The notes: a model not told the origin generated them from the sequence alone. Shown: positions 14,391 to 26,562, counted from the stretch's first letter. The stretch is 63,128 bases of DNA from Chara braunii (GCA_003427395.1 BFEA01000018.1:4237086-4300213); one strand, 5' to 3'. Translations and numbers: made by a program.

Positions 14391-16152
14391 TAGATATAGG
14401 ATCTACCTGGGCTGCTCGGTGGCATAAGTCACAGGAGACTGGCAGGGGGAAATGAGGTGGAGGGAGCGCCGATGTTGGATGTGTTCTCCCCTCTGGCAGT
14501 GTTAGGCCAATGGGAGGATGGGAGAATAGGATAGGTAATAATGAAAGGACAAACTGAGTAAAGGAGTAGAAGGGTCGAATGAATGTTGATAATTCTCGTG
14601 TATTCGGTTAGACTGCGTAGACTAGGTCAATTTTTTTTGCGGAACGTCAGAATAGCAAGTACGTCCCTCTTCTTACCTCCGGTTTTATGCTTTTATGCTT
14701 GTTTGTTTTTAATGGCCCTGGTGGCAATTGTTGTACCAAGGTGGGGAAATATCGGAGCAATGGTCAAGAGTTGACCTTTTTTGCAGCCGGATATACCCCC
14801 TGACCTACACCTAAGCGGGGTAATGGTCCCAAATCTGGTTTTTTCTATGTTGTTACTGTGAAAGTTTTTTTATTTTTTTTTTTTAACTGAACTTTTCAGA
14901 TTTCATTACTTATAAAATGAGGTCGGGGAACCTCAACATTACACCCGGGCCCAAGTCACAGATGCACCGTTGAACTAGCTCAAAGCAACGGTGTGACACG
15001 GTTTCTGGGACTTGAAAACTCAAAACAAAGGTGAAAAAGGAGAATCAAATGCTGCCGAAAGTTTTTATTCCCCTATTTTCCAAAAAACAATGAATAACCA
15101 AATCCTACTGAAAACTTTGTCCGTATTTTCTAAAAAGTAAAATGGAAAACACAACAATCCTCAGTGAACGGCTCCGCATACTACGCAATGTCGGATACGG
15201 GGACTCACTAGAATATGAAGTGAACGTAGACAGTACCACTGGCTTGATGCATTTGCATAAACGAGTTTGGGGCTGCACAGCCAAACACAACATGAACACT
15301 CTCTGCCAGAGCGTCCTTCCACATAAGGTAATGATGGCATAGGCACCGTTGAACCCATACCCCACTCCAAGTGGGGTATGTAGTTTAACGGAAGATGGGA
15401 AAGGTAGGGGGCGTTGTATTCGGGCGGAGGGATTTTTCAGCACCTTTCTTGAACAAAAAATTAAAAACAAAAGTCTTTGTATTTTATACACATAAGAACA
15501 ACCGTTGGATGTGCAGTTATCGATGCATCTTAGACGTCATGTGGGGTCACACTCGTTGAGTTAGTTCAACGTTGAACTGGCTCAACGGTGTCTGTGAGAC
15601 TTGGCTCCCAGAGGTATCTGGAAGCATCAACCAACTTAGCTTACAAGCCATATGTCTGCGGGCATTGCATAGACCCAGCAGCTCGGAAGCTGCGGCCTAC
15701 CCATGTTACCCCTACAGCTACTGCCTTACCTACCCAGTACCTACTATTATATAGTCGCCTCTTGCATGTACTGGGTTCTAATACGGCCAGTGGAAATGGA
15801 GTCCAAGAGGCTAGTTACTACTGAACTTGTAGTCCTAAAAGAGAATCTAACACAAGTTGTGGAACCTAAAACTAGTTTCGGTTAGCCTGGCACTCCCTCC
15901 AATCCTTGTATCCCTCTGCTACCATCCTCCTGTGAATACTTAGACTGAGTGTCCAGGTCTTCCGACTACCTGCCCTACCATTATCCTAACAAAATCCTAC
16001 CTACCCTACACTATTTGTTGAACCTAAGGTAAATTATTCTGCCATACCCTACGTGACGGTCCTTACGCGGGCATGATATACTCATTCCCAATCCAAAATT
16101 GTGGAAGTTTTCCCGGCTTCCGCCTATTTGGAATAATAATGATATTTCTGTA

Positions 16153-16380
16153 GTACCTTTACGGAGTGGGAAAATAGCGGGCCTTGGGTGGGCCTCCGAC
16201 CATTTCGGAGGCCGAAACAAAATGACAGCCGCCGATCAAATTTATCAATGGAAGCTATCGTCGGGCCCGACCTCCAAAGTGTTAGGAGTTTGGAAAAACT
16301 GCCACTTTTCCCTATTTTCCCAACACTGGCGGAGGTACTAGTGGTTTAAGAAAAGTAAAAATGAAAAAAAGAAATTGGAG
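16153..16380 (+). repeat. About 220-bp dispersed repeat, inverted partner of 3800-4022
   Basis: ...tcgtcgggcccgacctcc...ttaggagtttggaaaaactgccac...cccaacactggcggaggtactagtg. Confidence 0.9.
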
Positions 16381-16537
16381 AAGGAAGAAAATTCGCAAGT
16401 TGTCAGAGAATACTTCTCGACACCTCCTGTCAAAAGTTGTTGAATCCCCAACATGCTACTCTGATGATTTTTACAGTCCTCGGCTGCGCTATCGACTTCT
16501 CTTCGAAATTTGGTGAGTGGGCGTGAGGTCGGGGGAA

Positions 16538-16624
16538 AGGTCCCACTTGCGCCAATTAGGAGATTTCGGTCGTTGATCTTTGCTATCTACGGTCAGTATC
16601 TCTTAATTCGTGCAAGTGGGGCCT
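16538..16624 (-). repeat. 87-nt imperfect palindrome (hairpin element), copy 1, inverted relative to copies 2 and 3
   Basis: Reverse complement aligns end to end with 27491-27577. Confidence 0.9.
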
Positions 16625-16789
16625 AGTTCTAGGATGGACTAATGTTTGTCGTACCCTCCGGCGCGTTTGTCTTTTTCCATCTTGCATTCAGAAGTGCGTT
16701 CACTCTACAGTGCTGTGTGGTTGAAGGGGGGCAAACTGTAAAAAGGGGGTTGGCAAATTTATTCTGACAACCGTCAATTTTTTTTGCCT

Positions 16790-16906
16790 TTCGACAGTGG
16801 TGTGGGAAGACCCTCACTCGGATTGGGGCTTGACAGTGATGTGGCGAGACCCTCACTCAGATGCGGGTTTGACAGTGATGTGGCGAGGCCCTCACTCAGA
16901 TGCGGA
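16790..16906. repeat. 39-bp tandem repeat x3
   Basis: gacagtg(g/a)tgtgg(g/c)(a/g)ag(a/g)ccctcactc at 16793, 16832 and 16871; same core as the 7255-8210 motif. Confidence 0.92.
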
Positions 16907-17913
16907 CTTTCCTCCTGTACAGTACGTAGTCTTTCCCTGTGCATGTGTTTCGCACACATCATTACGAAAACACGGGCGGCCACGTGACATAGTGAATCCC
17001 CAAGCTGGCAGGGGCGGGCAGTGGAAAAAAAAAAGAAAAAAAAAGGTAAAGACTCAGGGGCATCTTTGCGCTTGGGGCAATGGCGCAGTCCGTGAGGGCT
17101 AACCAACAAGCGTCTATTGCAGGTTGAAAGCTATATTCCAAACCCCCTCAAGGGTCGAAAGGCCGCTGAGATTAAAAAAAAGAAAAAAGAAAAAAAGACT
17201 ATAGTCACGGGGCCGCAGCCAGGGCAAAGAAGTTGCAGCAGGGGATTTTTGTTTGTTTTATATGAAAGTCATTGGCGAAAATCATTGATAAGAATAGGAA
17301 TTTATTTTTGTTTATCTTTGCATAGAAGCGAGGTATACTATATTTCATGCAAGAAAAAGTGGATGGCGGACTTTTTCAACTATAAGGGAAGATGGGGTGT
17401 GGTGTTTTTTACAAGCTTGAACAATTGTTTATGGAATGGGGGGAAAGCATGTGTCATTTATTACAAAATGTCATAGAAATGAGATCGGGGATTTTATAAT
17501 TCCATATGGAGTTATCCTGACAGCCTCAACGAGTTTTGCTTATGAGCGAAGTTTGATAACCAACTGATTGTCTCAAATATCCAATGAAATTTGGAGTAAA
17601 AATAAGCTTTTAAAAAAAGTAGACATGAACCTTATAGTAAGAAAAATGAGTCACGTCATACTTCACAACCTCAACCGGGCCTTCATTCAATTGTTCGTTC
17701 ACCGACAGAAAAAGTCGTTCGTTTATCGACAGAGAAAAAGAAGGAAAAAAAAAGAAAAAAAAAAAGGAAAAAAAACAACCGATAAAGAAGGGAAAAAAAA
17801 AAAAAAAAAAAAAAAACTTGACTGTTGACTGATAGAGGACCAAATCGAACGACCCGCTTGTCTAAGAACAGTCAAATCAATCAAGTTCAGGCTTCAGTCG
17901 TTTGATTGAGGCT

Positions 17914-18612
17914 TCATTCGCCGAGAAAACGAGACCCCTTTTCTCGATCTCGATTTCGCCCCCCCCAAAAAAGGCCGGAGTCGATGACTCGTCTCGATTT
18001 TGATCCCCCCCCCAAAAAGGCCTGAGTCGACGACTTGTCGACGATCAAATCGACTACACGCCTAGCCAAAAAAAAAACCAAAGTCGATTCGTCGACAAAC
18101 AAATCGACTAGCCGCTTGCTTTCGACGCCAAAAAAAAAGTTGAACCTACCTACCCTTTACCCCCCCTCAAAAAAAGCCCAGAGTCGAGACTTGTCGACGA
18201 CCAAAATGAACGTGAACGTGAATCGGTTCCCTGAGGTGACGTTCGCGCTTGAATGTTCGTTTCGTGGAATGAAACGAACGAATTAAATAATAAATAATTA
18301 AATTTAAATTAATATATATATTTTTTTCTCGATGACCCGTCTCGATTTTTTTTTTCGATTTCGACCCCCGCCCAAAAAAAGGCCTGAGTCGAGGACTCGT
18401 CGACGATCAAATCGACAAGCCGCCTAGCAAAAAAAAATGCCAAAGTTGACTCGTCGACAAACAAATGGACGAGCCGCTTGCTTTCGACGACAAAAAAAAA
18501 GTTGAACCTACGTACCCCTTACCCCCCCCCCAAAAAAGCCCAGAGTCGAGACTCGTCGACGACCAAAATGAACATGAAGGTGAACCTGTTCCCTGAAGTG
18601 ACGTTCACGCTT
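17914..18612. repeat. About 360-bp duplicated unit built from GTCGAC-rich sub-repeats
   Basis: aaaaggcctgagtcga(c/g)gact(t/c)gtcgacgatcaaatcgac...ttccctga(g/a)gtgacgttc(g/a)cgcttgaa starts near 18015 and again near 18377. Confidence 0.88.
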
Positions 18613-19569
18613 GAAAAAAAAAAAACCCCCCCTCAAGGCCAAAAAAAAAAAGATCAACAATGACGAAAAAAAAAGGAAAAAAAAAAATTAAAAGAATTAT
18701 TTACAAAAAAAGAAAGAACGTGAAGCGGTGCCGTAAAACGGAACGACACAAACGACGGCCAATCAAGACAAGAAAGACAGGACAAAAAAAAAGAACCCAC
18801 TTGCCTGACACGGGTCAAATTCATTCAAACAATTTTCCATTCGCTCATTCATCATTCACACTTGTTTCATGAACGAATCGAACGACCAAAAGCATTAAAA
18901 AATAAAAAAAAACACCCGACCGCCCCCCAAAAAACACTCAACCCTCCACCCGAAAAGGAAATGTGGTCGCCACCCATCACAAGCCTGATGAACCGACCAA
19001 TTGCCCAAAGCCTGCGACGACCACTAGCACTCCGGGTCCATCTCCTAGCCGCGACCACACGCTTCCCGCCCCCCCCAAAAGCGCAAAAACACCCCCCGAA
19101 CCTCATTTTAAGTCCACGACATTTCCCAAACAGGAAAGAAAACCTTGCAACCCAGGCAAGCGCAGCCTCTGGCTGCGAACTCAGGGGGGAGGAAAGTGGC
19201 AGGAAAGCGCTACCCAGAGTGAAAATGAAAAGTTGAAACAGCCAGCAATCACAAAAATGAGAATTGCTGAAATGAACGACGTTTACCTTTCCAGAGGCCG
19301 TTACCAGTCTGGTACCACCACGATTTTTTTTCCAGAGGCCGGTACCGGTCTGTCAGAGGCTCGGAAAAATGAAGGTTTTGGTTCGTGCGTGCAAGCTCGA
19401 GTGGCAACGATTGTGTGCGTTAGTGCGTGCGTGTGGGTGTGACTGTGTGTGTGTGGGTCCGCGTGTTGTGCTTGCTACACAGACAGTCATACTTCTTTTT
19501 GTGGAGTTGTGTACAGCGGATATGACGACACACTCAGACGGAGGGAGAGAGGGCCGCGGGCAAACGTGA

Positions 19570-20070
19570 GCAGTGTGCTGTTGTAGAGTGATGTTGGCAG
19601 ACGCCAGGAATCGAACCTTCTCCGTTTCGTCGTCGTCGTCGGAGCGGTGAACAGCTCCACGCGCGACAGGTAAATTGCGATCTTATCCTTTCTCCTCCTC
19701 CACCTCCTCCCCTGTTGCCCTCGACTCCCCATCTTTCGACATCCTCGCAATATGTGTCCGCACCTGCCTTATCCATCTCTCTTCCCCATGGCGACCTAAG
19801 CGACCTAAGCGACCTAAGCTCCAGCTTCTTCAGCCCCCGTCATTGAGAGGAGTGAACCTCGGCGCAAAAGATGTAAGCTGCCATCTTATCCTTGCTTCTC
19901 CTCCTCTTGCGACCTCTTTTGGCCTCGACCCTCCATCTTTAGACATCCCGTCGCAATCTCCGTCTGGGGGGAAACTCAGCAGTGTGCTGGTCCATTTGAT
20001 TGATGTTGGAAGCCGCCAAGAGTCGAACCCTTCTTTTTTCGTCGAAGGAACAGTGAACAGCTCCGCGGGA
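19570..20070. repeat. Diverged local duplication
   Basis: gcagtgtgctg...tgatgttgg...gtgaacagctcc at about 19570 and 19979; both minus-strand ORFs read FDSWRLPTS. Confidence 0.75.
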
Positions 20071-20172
20071 ATTTTTTTTTTTTTCCCGATATCTCTCAAT
20101 AACATGGTTGTTCAGACCAGACGACCAGCTTATGTCTATGTTCGTGTCACACACACCAACACACCAACACGC

Positions 20173-20173
<1 letters not shown>

Positions 20174-20223
<50 letters not shown>
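20174..20223. repeat. (GA)n microsatellite
   Basis: Direct reading. Confidence 0.97.
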
Positions 20224-20226
<3 letters not shown>

Positions 20227-20738
20227 GGATGAGAAAGGAGAATACGACATGTTACTTTGGTTTTCTATCAGCGGGTGAGCTAAGGGGGAGGAGGGGTAGG
20301 AATATGTCGTTGCTGACGAGGGAGAAAGAAGCGGGATGGAAAAGGCGTTGGGGGCTATGGTGGGTTCATTTGGTTCTCTTGATTAATTCGGGTTTTCGCT
20401 TTCTGTTCTGCTTAACCAAATTCCTTCCTTCCTATGTTTTCCTTCAGTGTCTTCCTCCTACATGTGTTTCTTCTGTTGTACTCCATGTCGTCCTTCTCTC
20501 CGCTTCGTTCTCCTTCACGTCAGCCTCTGCATATGTGCAGTTCCATGTGTAAGCTTTGGGAGGTAAGTATCCTCCCAGCTAAGAGGGGTTTCTTTGTGTG
20601 ATGCTCTCCTCCACGTCGTCCTTCTCCTGAGCCTCGGGGAGATTGCAGGAAATACTTCATCACACTTACAAGGGTTTTCTTGTTTTCGTCGTCGTCCTCC
20701 ACATTCACCTCCCGCTGCAGATCCTGCTTCCTGGCGGT

Positions 20739-20792
20739 ACACACACACACACACACANNNNNNNNNNNNNNNNNNNNNNNNNNNNNNNNNNN

Positions 20793-20868
<76 letters not shown>
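20739..20868. repeat. (CA)n-(GA)n compound microsatellite containing an assembly gap (N at 20758-20792)
   Basis: Direct reading. Confidence 0.97.
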
Positions 20869-20869
<1 letters not shown>

Positions 20870-23744
20870 CAAGCACGGTTATGCGTACAAGATTGGCAAG
20901 CACGGTCGTGCGTATTTAGAAATGGCAAATAGACTGGGGATTGGAATTCTCAGCAAACAGATCAACAGGACAGCATCTCGTCCGAAAAGCGCAGATCAAC
21001 AGGACAGCAAACACCTGTGCTGGTCTTTCGACACAGCACAAGAAAAATAACGTTCCGCCCATGGAACACCACATATAACAAGTGAAGTAACTGCCGCAAA
21101 ACAAAGAAAAAGAAAGCTCGTTGGTATTCCCTCCTGTTTTGCAGCGGGTCATCTAGTCGTAGTATTAGTTTTAATATCATGTGATTGCATCAGCATCCAA
21201 GGCCATGATCTGTGTCCTCCCAAAAAATTAGTTGGTTGTGTGTATCAGTGAGTGACGTCCCCTGGGTGGTGCTTCTTTTATATTATCTTCTTTCTTGTCA
21301 TTCCTCCCACGTCCTTTCTATACCCCTACCTTCTGCCACGTGGCATGGGCAGATGACCCCCTTATTTCTATCTATATTTCTGCCTCTGCACCCTTCTCCT
21401 TGTTTGCTATTTCTTCCCTCGGCCTCTTTTGAGCCTGGTGGCATGGCCACGAGTCCTCCCGTGCTTTCCCCCACCCCTCCCCCTGCATCGGACTTCCTTG
21501 TTTCTCTATCGTCATACGACAGCGCAGTTCGGGCTGGGGAGGAGAAACACTGTCGACTGCAAATTCCTCCCCTACGGCACCATTTTGCGACCGTGAGAGC
21601 ATACTCACGCTGACTTTTCTGGACGTACCTGACTGCAATTACAGTAGGCCGTGAATGTATATAACCGGAATTACGTACTACATACATTGGCCTCGAAGTG
21701 TCTTGGTGTGAGTCGTCACCCTCTAGCTGGTCGTTGTCATTCTCCGTCCTTTTCATCTGTCATCGTTGTTGTATTTTTGCATCCGGCGTCGGAATGAAGA
21801 TTCATTGAACATTGCAGTGCATCCGTCAGTACAGACAAGGAAAACGAGTAGCGACCTCACAAATGTTCCAGGTGGTCTTCTCTCTGGCCTTCATTTTCTT
21901 GTTTGAGGTAGAGTATGCAGAGCACAGTCGGTACATGGTCTTGCTATCGGGCAACATGCAGAACCATCTCTATTTAGTTGTCTACCTGGAGGCCTTTCGG
22001 TAGTTCTGAGGATATTCTGACTGCGGGCTGAAGTTAGGCGCATCTGACAGCCAGACGAATCTACAAGGAAGTGACACCCTTTGTGCTAGAGTGTAATGAT
22101 GCAACAGTGGAGTATTGACTGGTTTGCTTGCTCTTTAATTATAGCCATTAATGACTGTGCATCATTCGAGTACTTAATTGAAATCTGATGTTGAGCGTTC
22201 TCAACTTTTTCACATGTTTACCTTTCGTATGCAGGGGAGCGGCAGCTTGTCGACGCACGCTGTTTAATTGTCAACGTAATGGAGTCACCGGGGACACAAC
22301 TTTGAGAGAGAGGAGAGAGGCTTGAGGCTTAAGAAGGCTTTACTTAGCTGCTGGTGGCCATAGCTGTATTGAAGAAGACGTCAAGGCGTCGAGGGAACGG
22401 CATCTTCAATCACGATCTTATTCTTGTGGCACCAGACCTTTTGCGGGTTGTGGGGACGAGGGAGGTTAGGCTGGCTGGGTTAAAATGGCTGGAGGAGGGG
22501 GAGTGACTGGTGAGAAGGTTCCTTGAACCTGCTTGTTCGGAAGGTAATGAGCCGACGAGGAGGACTCGAAGAAAGGCGAGACAGAAAGGCCATGGACGCG
22601 GAGGACGAGTCGGGGATGCTCGTCGACGAAAGCAGTTTGCAAACAGTAGAGAGAAGGGGAAGGCGGAACCAAGGTCACCGCTAAGCGGCTGAAGGGTGCA
22701 CGGCGAAGATATCCAGTTTTTTGGGGGGGCGGAAGGGGGAAGACCCCCTCAACGGTGGGAGATCGGATCGTGGTTAGGTTGTGAGTGATGAAGTGATTCG
22801 GAATCGGTCACGTGGCGAAGTGGCAGTGGGGAGTGTAGGAGGAGGGAAGGGACGGTGTGAGTGGCGGCCGCAAAAGGAGGGTGTGAGGTGGATTGACGTC
22901 TTCTAAGCTTTAGGAGCGAGTGGACTAGAGTAGAGGAGGAGACAGAGGGCGCACTGGACGGATGGGAATAGTCGCGGTGGTAAGACTGTGTTTGAAGAGG
23001 GGAAGGATGACGGCGTTAGCTTGGAAGAAGTAGGGGACTAGTTTTGAAGAACAAGGGAAATAACACAGCAGCAGGGGAGAGAAGAGAAGAGAGAGGAGGA
23101 CGGGAACAAGCATCCGGTCGTGTTCGACGGGCTCGGCTTTTTCTCTTCCCAGCTGGAATGCTTGCTCGCTCTATTTGTAAGTTTATCACGCCGCGCTGCT
23201 TGACGGGTAAGTCGTGAGGGTATTCAATCAAGGAATCCATCCATCCCTACGCAACTAATCAGGGGTCGGTCGAACCATAGACGACCACCGACTGCTTGTT
23301 GCGTTCTGCTTTAACCAGTGCTTTTTCCCCTCCAAAAGTGTTAGTGCTTTTTTTCTGAATTAGTGTTTTTTTTTTTTTTTTAGTCTCTTTCTCTCCGTAT
23401 TGCGACTGTGTATTGCAAGACCGACGAAAGTGCTCAACATTCGACAAGGAGAGGGTAGGGTTATAAGGGATTCCGTTAACGGCTGCCGTGGCGTCGAGGA
23501 CCGGCTCATCAGGCGATGTCGGTCCTGTAGCGTGACACGGGATTTCGAGTTGGTGCAAATAAGCTGGAGTGCGCGCCCTTTCTTCCTGGTGGCGGCGGCG
23601 GCCGTGCGGCCGTGCGGCCGCTGTGAACTGGAGCGCGGGCGTCGCGCGGAGGCGGCGGAGGGGGCAGTTGCCAGCGGAGCGCGCTATTGTTGACTAGTTT
23701 GTCTAGTTCTAGGATACAAAAGGTAAAGTAGTAGTTTGTCAGCG

Positions 23745-25151
23745 ATGGGTTGCTGCTGTCCGACAATGCGGCTGGGGCCGTCGAAGGGCGGCTCCATGAA
23801 GTATCCTATGAAGCCGCCGGATTCCGACCAAGATATTTCGAAGCCGGAAATTCCAGAGCCGACGGCTGGAAGTGTTCAGGTGAAGAAGTACTCGGCGGAG
23901 GAGATAAAGAGAGCTACTAATAATTTCGACGCTTCCACGAGGATTGGAGGGGGCGGATTTGGCACGGTGTACAAGGCCACCCTTAGAACTTCAGTGAACA
24001 CTCAGCAGACCGTGGCCATCAAGAAGCTGGGTGTGAATTCGCGGCAGGGAATCAATGAGCTTGTCAAGGAGATCGAGATTCTTCCCCGTCTTCATCATCG
24101 GCACCTTGTCACTTTGGTAGGGTATTGCGATGACCCCGGGTGTCTCGCCTTGGTTTACGAGTACGTCTCGAATGGGACTCTGAACGATCATCTGTACGGC
24201 TCCAAGGCTACGCCATCGGGATTGCCGTGGCTCACCCGGATCTCGATAGCTCTCGACGTGGCACGCGCTCTCAGTTACCTTCATATCCACGTGACCCCGG
24301 GCGTCATTCATCGCGATATCAAGCCGTCCAACATCTTGATTGATCAGAAGATGCATGCGAAGCTGGCGGACTTTGGGTTGTCGAAACTTCTCCCCGATGA
24401 CGAGGAGTACACTCACTTGACGACGAACATCAAGGGAACGCAAGGTTACCTGGACCCGGAGTACTTCCAAACTCGTCGGCTGACGGAAAGGACGGATGTG
24501 TACAGCTTCGGTGTGGTAGTGCTGGAACTGATCACGGGAAGAAAGCCGTTGGAGATAATCACGGGAAGGCGGCGATTCGACCTTGTGAAGTGGGCGAGGG
24601 CGGAGATGAAGAAGGGGAACATACGCAGTGTGCTCGATCATAGGATCGCTGAAGGCGCGTATTCGGTGGACGCTCTGTGGAAGTTAGCCGACTGCGCCAT
24701 GATGTGTTGCGAGCCTCATTCGTTAAATCGGCCGAACATCGGTGACGTGGTAAGGTATATCGAGGAGACCGAGACCCTGCAGAGAGAAGGGTCAAGAAGC
24801 GGTTCAGCTCTTCGGGAGAGGATAGGTTCTGGCGCTCAATACGCAGGACCATCAGGACGGGGAGCGGGAGGAGGCGGGCATGCAAACCACATGCCACACC
24901 CAGGAAGAGTAGGAGTGTACCCTCCGTCTCGCCCGCTCTATGATCAACCTCCTCCTCAAGCAGGAGGAGCGGAGGTGGGGTATCAATACAATCTTATGCA
25001 TCCTGGAGGAGGACGACCGCCATATCCAGCTTCTACGTCTCGTTATCCCAATGCGGCTGCAGTAGGAACGCCGGTCCGCTCTCCGTCCCAAGCGGTTGCT
25101 TACCCACCGTACGATACTCGTCCTGCTAACCCCGCTGGTATCCCGCGATAG
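23745..25151 (+). CDS. Receptor-like cytoplasmic Ser/Thr protein kinase (RLK/Pelle family), single coding exon, about 468 aa
   Basis: Open frame from ATG 23745 (MGCCC) to TAG 25151; KKYSAEEIKRATNNF, GGGGFGTVY, VAIKK, LHHRHLVTLVGYC, LVYEY, HRDIKPSN, DFG, KGTQGYLDPEY, TDVYSFGVVVLELITGRKP, RPNI all intact; no signal peptide or transmembrane segment visible. Confidence 0.96.
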   Translation: MGCCCPTMRLGPSKGGSMKYPMKPPDSDQDISKPEIPEPTAGSVQVKKYSAEEIKRATNNFDASTRIGGGGFGTVYKATLRTSVNTQQTVAIKKLGVNSRQGINELVKEIEILPRLHHRHLVTLVGYCDDPGCLALVYEYVSNGTLNDHLYGSKATPSGLPWLTRISIALDVARALSYLHIHVTPGVIHRDIKPSNILIDQKMHAKLADFGLSKLLPDDEEYTHLTTNIKGTQGYLDPEYFQTRRLTERTDVYSFGVVVLELITGRKPLEIITGRRRFDLVKWARAEMKKGNIRSVLDHRIAEGAYSVDALWKLADCAMMCCEPHSLNRPNIGDVVRYIEETETLQREGSRSGSALRERIGSGAQYAGPSGRGAGGGGHANHMPHPGRVGVYPPSRPLYDQPPPQAGGAEVGYQYNLMHPGGGRPPYPASTSRYPNAAAVGTPVRSPSQAVAYPPYDTRPANPAGIPR

Positions 25152-26562
25152 TAGTCCGGTGCAGCCCTTGGCGCTGCCGTGGCTTGCTGTAGCACTGCTG
25201 CTGTGGGGATGGTTCGCCAGTTGGGGCTGTGTAATAGAGGAGGATGTACCCAAGTACATAGTAGTACGTAGAATGTTTTTTTAGTTGGCCATTCTATGGG
25301 GACCTGTTTGTAGACCATCTTTCTCTCTCGCTGTCGTTTCTACCCCTCAGGTCCCGACGCATGCGTCGCCGATGTGGTTCAGGGGCACCATCCAATCGGG
25401 GGGGGGGACATGATGTTGGTGTAGCTTGTGACCTGGCTGGGATTTCAACCAGGGAAAGCCTTTAAGAAGCCCCACGAGGTGGAGGCCAGTGACGAGTGTA
25501 CCTTTTGCTGCGTGGGCATGCCACAGTGGGAAGAGGAGGACGGAAAAGACACCTGAAAGTACTGCTGCGTTCCGGCGCTTGGCGGCGGCGAAAGGGAGAA
25601 GGGGCTGCTGGCAACTAGTACGGTGAAGGAAAGCTAGGTATCTAGAAGGTACTACTTGGATTACCGTACTTTATTTTATTTTTTGTGTCAGGCTCGCGCT
25701 TGTGGTCACTCTTGTCGGGTTGTCGGTGCATTCGTGTGCATTCGTTTATTGTGCCATTGCCTGCTCTTGTTTGCTAGAGAGAGAGAGAGAGAGAGATGCT
25801 AAACGTAGACAAGGAGGCTGTGCAGAAACTGCTTGTTGTACAGGATATAGTAGTAGCCTGTAGGTGGATAGGTGAGTTGTTTGCGTTGTGAGTGACTAGG
25901 TGTCGTGATGAGATATTCTATTGGGATTGGTTGCCATTGGTGACGACGAAGGGGTTGGCTCGTCGATGCTGTCATCGATCCTGAATCAATAATTTATCGG
26001 CGATGGACCTATTTTGTCTCTGTTCTTTCTGAATTTTTCTGGACTCTGTGCAATTATTAGGACTTCGTTTCAGTCACGGCATGTTCCTCAGTCGTGGAAC
26101 AGAACAAGAAGGAAGGAAGGATGGTTAAGGGAGCGAGGTTTACGGGGAGTAGAAGTACGACGTTGAGATAGAAGCTAAGTAGTAGGAGGAGGGTAAGTCG
26201 AGGAGGAGGAGGACGAGATGGATGAAAATGAGAGAGAGGAGGAAAAGAAGGGGAGGGGAGGGAAGAAGGCGACTCTGTGATAGCGATCTTGTTGAAGATC
26301 GTTCGTGGCGTACGGGACATCGTCCATGATTTTCTAAAACTGTGTCGTGTAATCCAATAACGGTGGAGTGGGCACTTAACCGTGGTTGAGGGTTTGATTG
26401 ATTGGGGCTATGGAAAGTACAACAGAGGATCCATTTTGTGAAAGGATTTGATTGGTTGGGGCTACGGAAGGGATAGAAGAGAGGAGGATTTCTGAGTGAC
26501 TGATAAGTTCCTCCCTTCTTTGTTCTTCGTGCAAGTTTGGCCATGGTCCAGGGATGGATTCG

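Larger units (their letters stand above)
8225..14915 (+). mobile_element. Degenerate L1-type LINE retrotransposon (ORF1 + ORF2 + 3' UTR); ends approximate
   Basis: ORF1 remnant with zinc-knuckle-like CRHCRGFLH; ORF2 remnants GRGIFRFN, KARGDDGLPAELY, LNVSYKLLAK, QATFVQGRSIFDN, NFEKSYDRV, LRQGCPLAPLLF, LSLFGRALVIN and zf-RVT KCLRCEWVFESTVHLWWDCP; many stops and frameshifts. Confidence 0.9.

Noticed and set aside
15540-16010. Solo LTR (tgtgggg...ccctaca)
   Set aside because: Flanks cgtca/ctatt do not form a TSD and there is no second copy in the window
3832-16343. Firm CACTA transposon call
   Set aside because: No 3-bp TSD, homology extends past the CACTA motif, and no transposase was seen; kept only as a hypothesis
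16790-16906. CRISPR-like array (39-bp period)
   Set aside because: Units are near-identical throughout, with no unique spacers and no cas genes; a plain minisatellite
23991-24641. 216-aa antisense ORF
   Set aside because: Shadow of the GC-rich kinase coding strand
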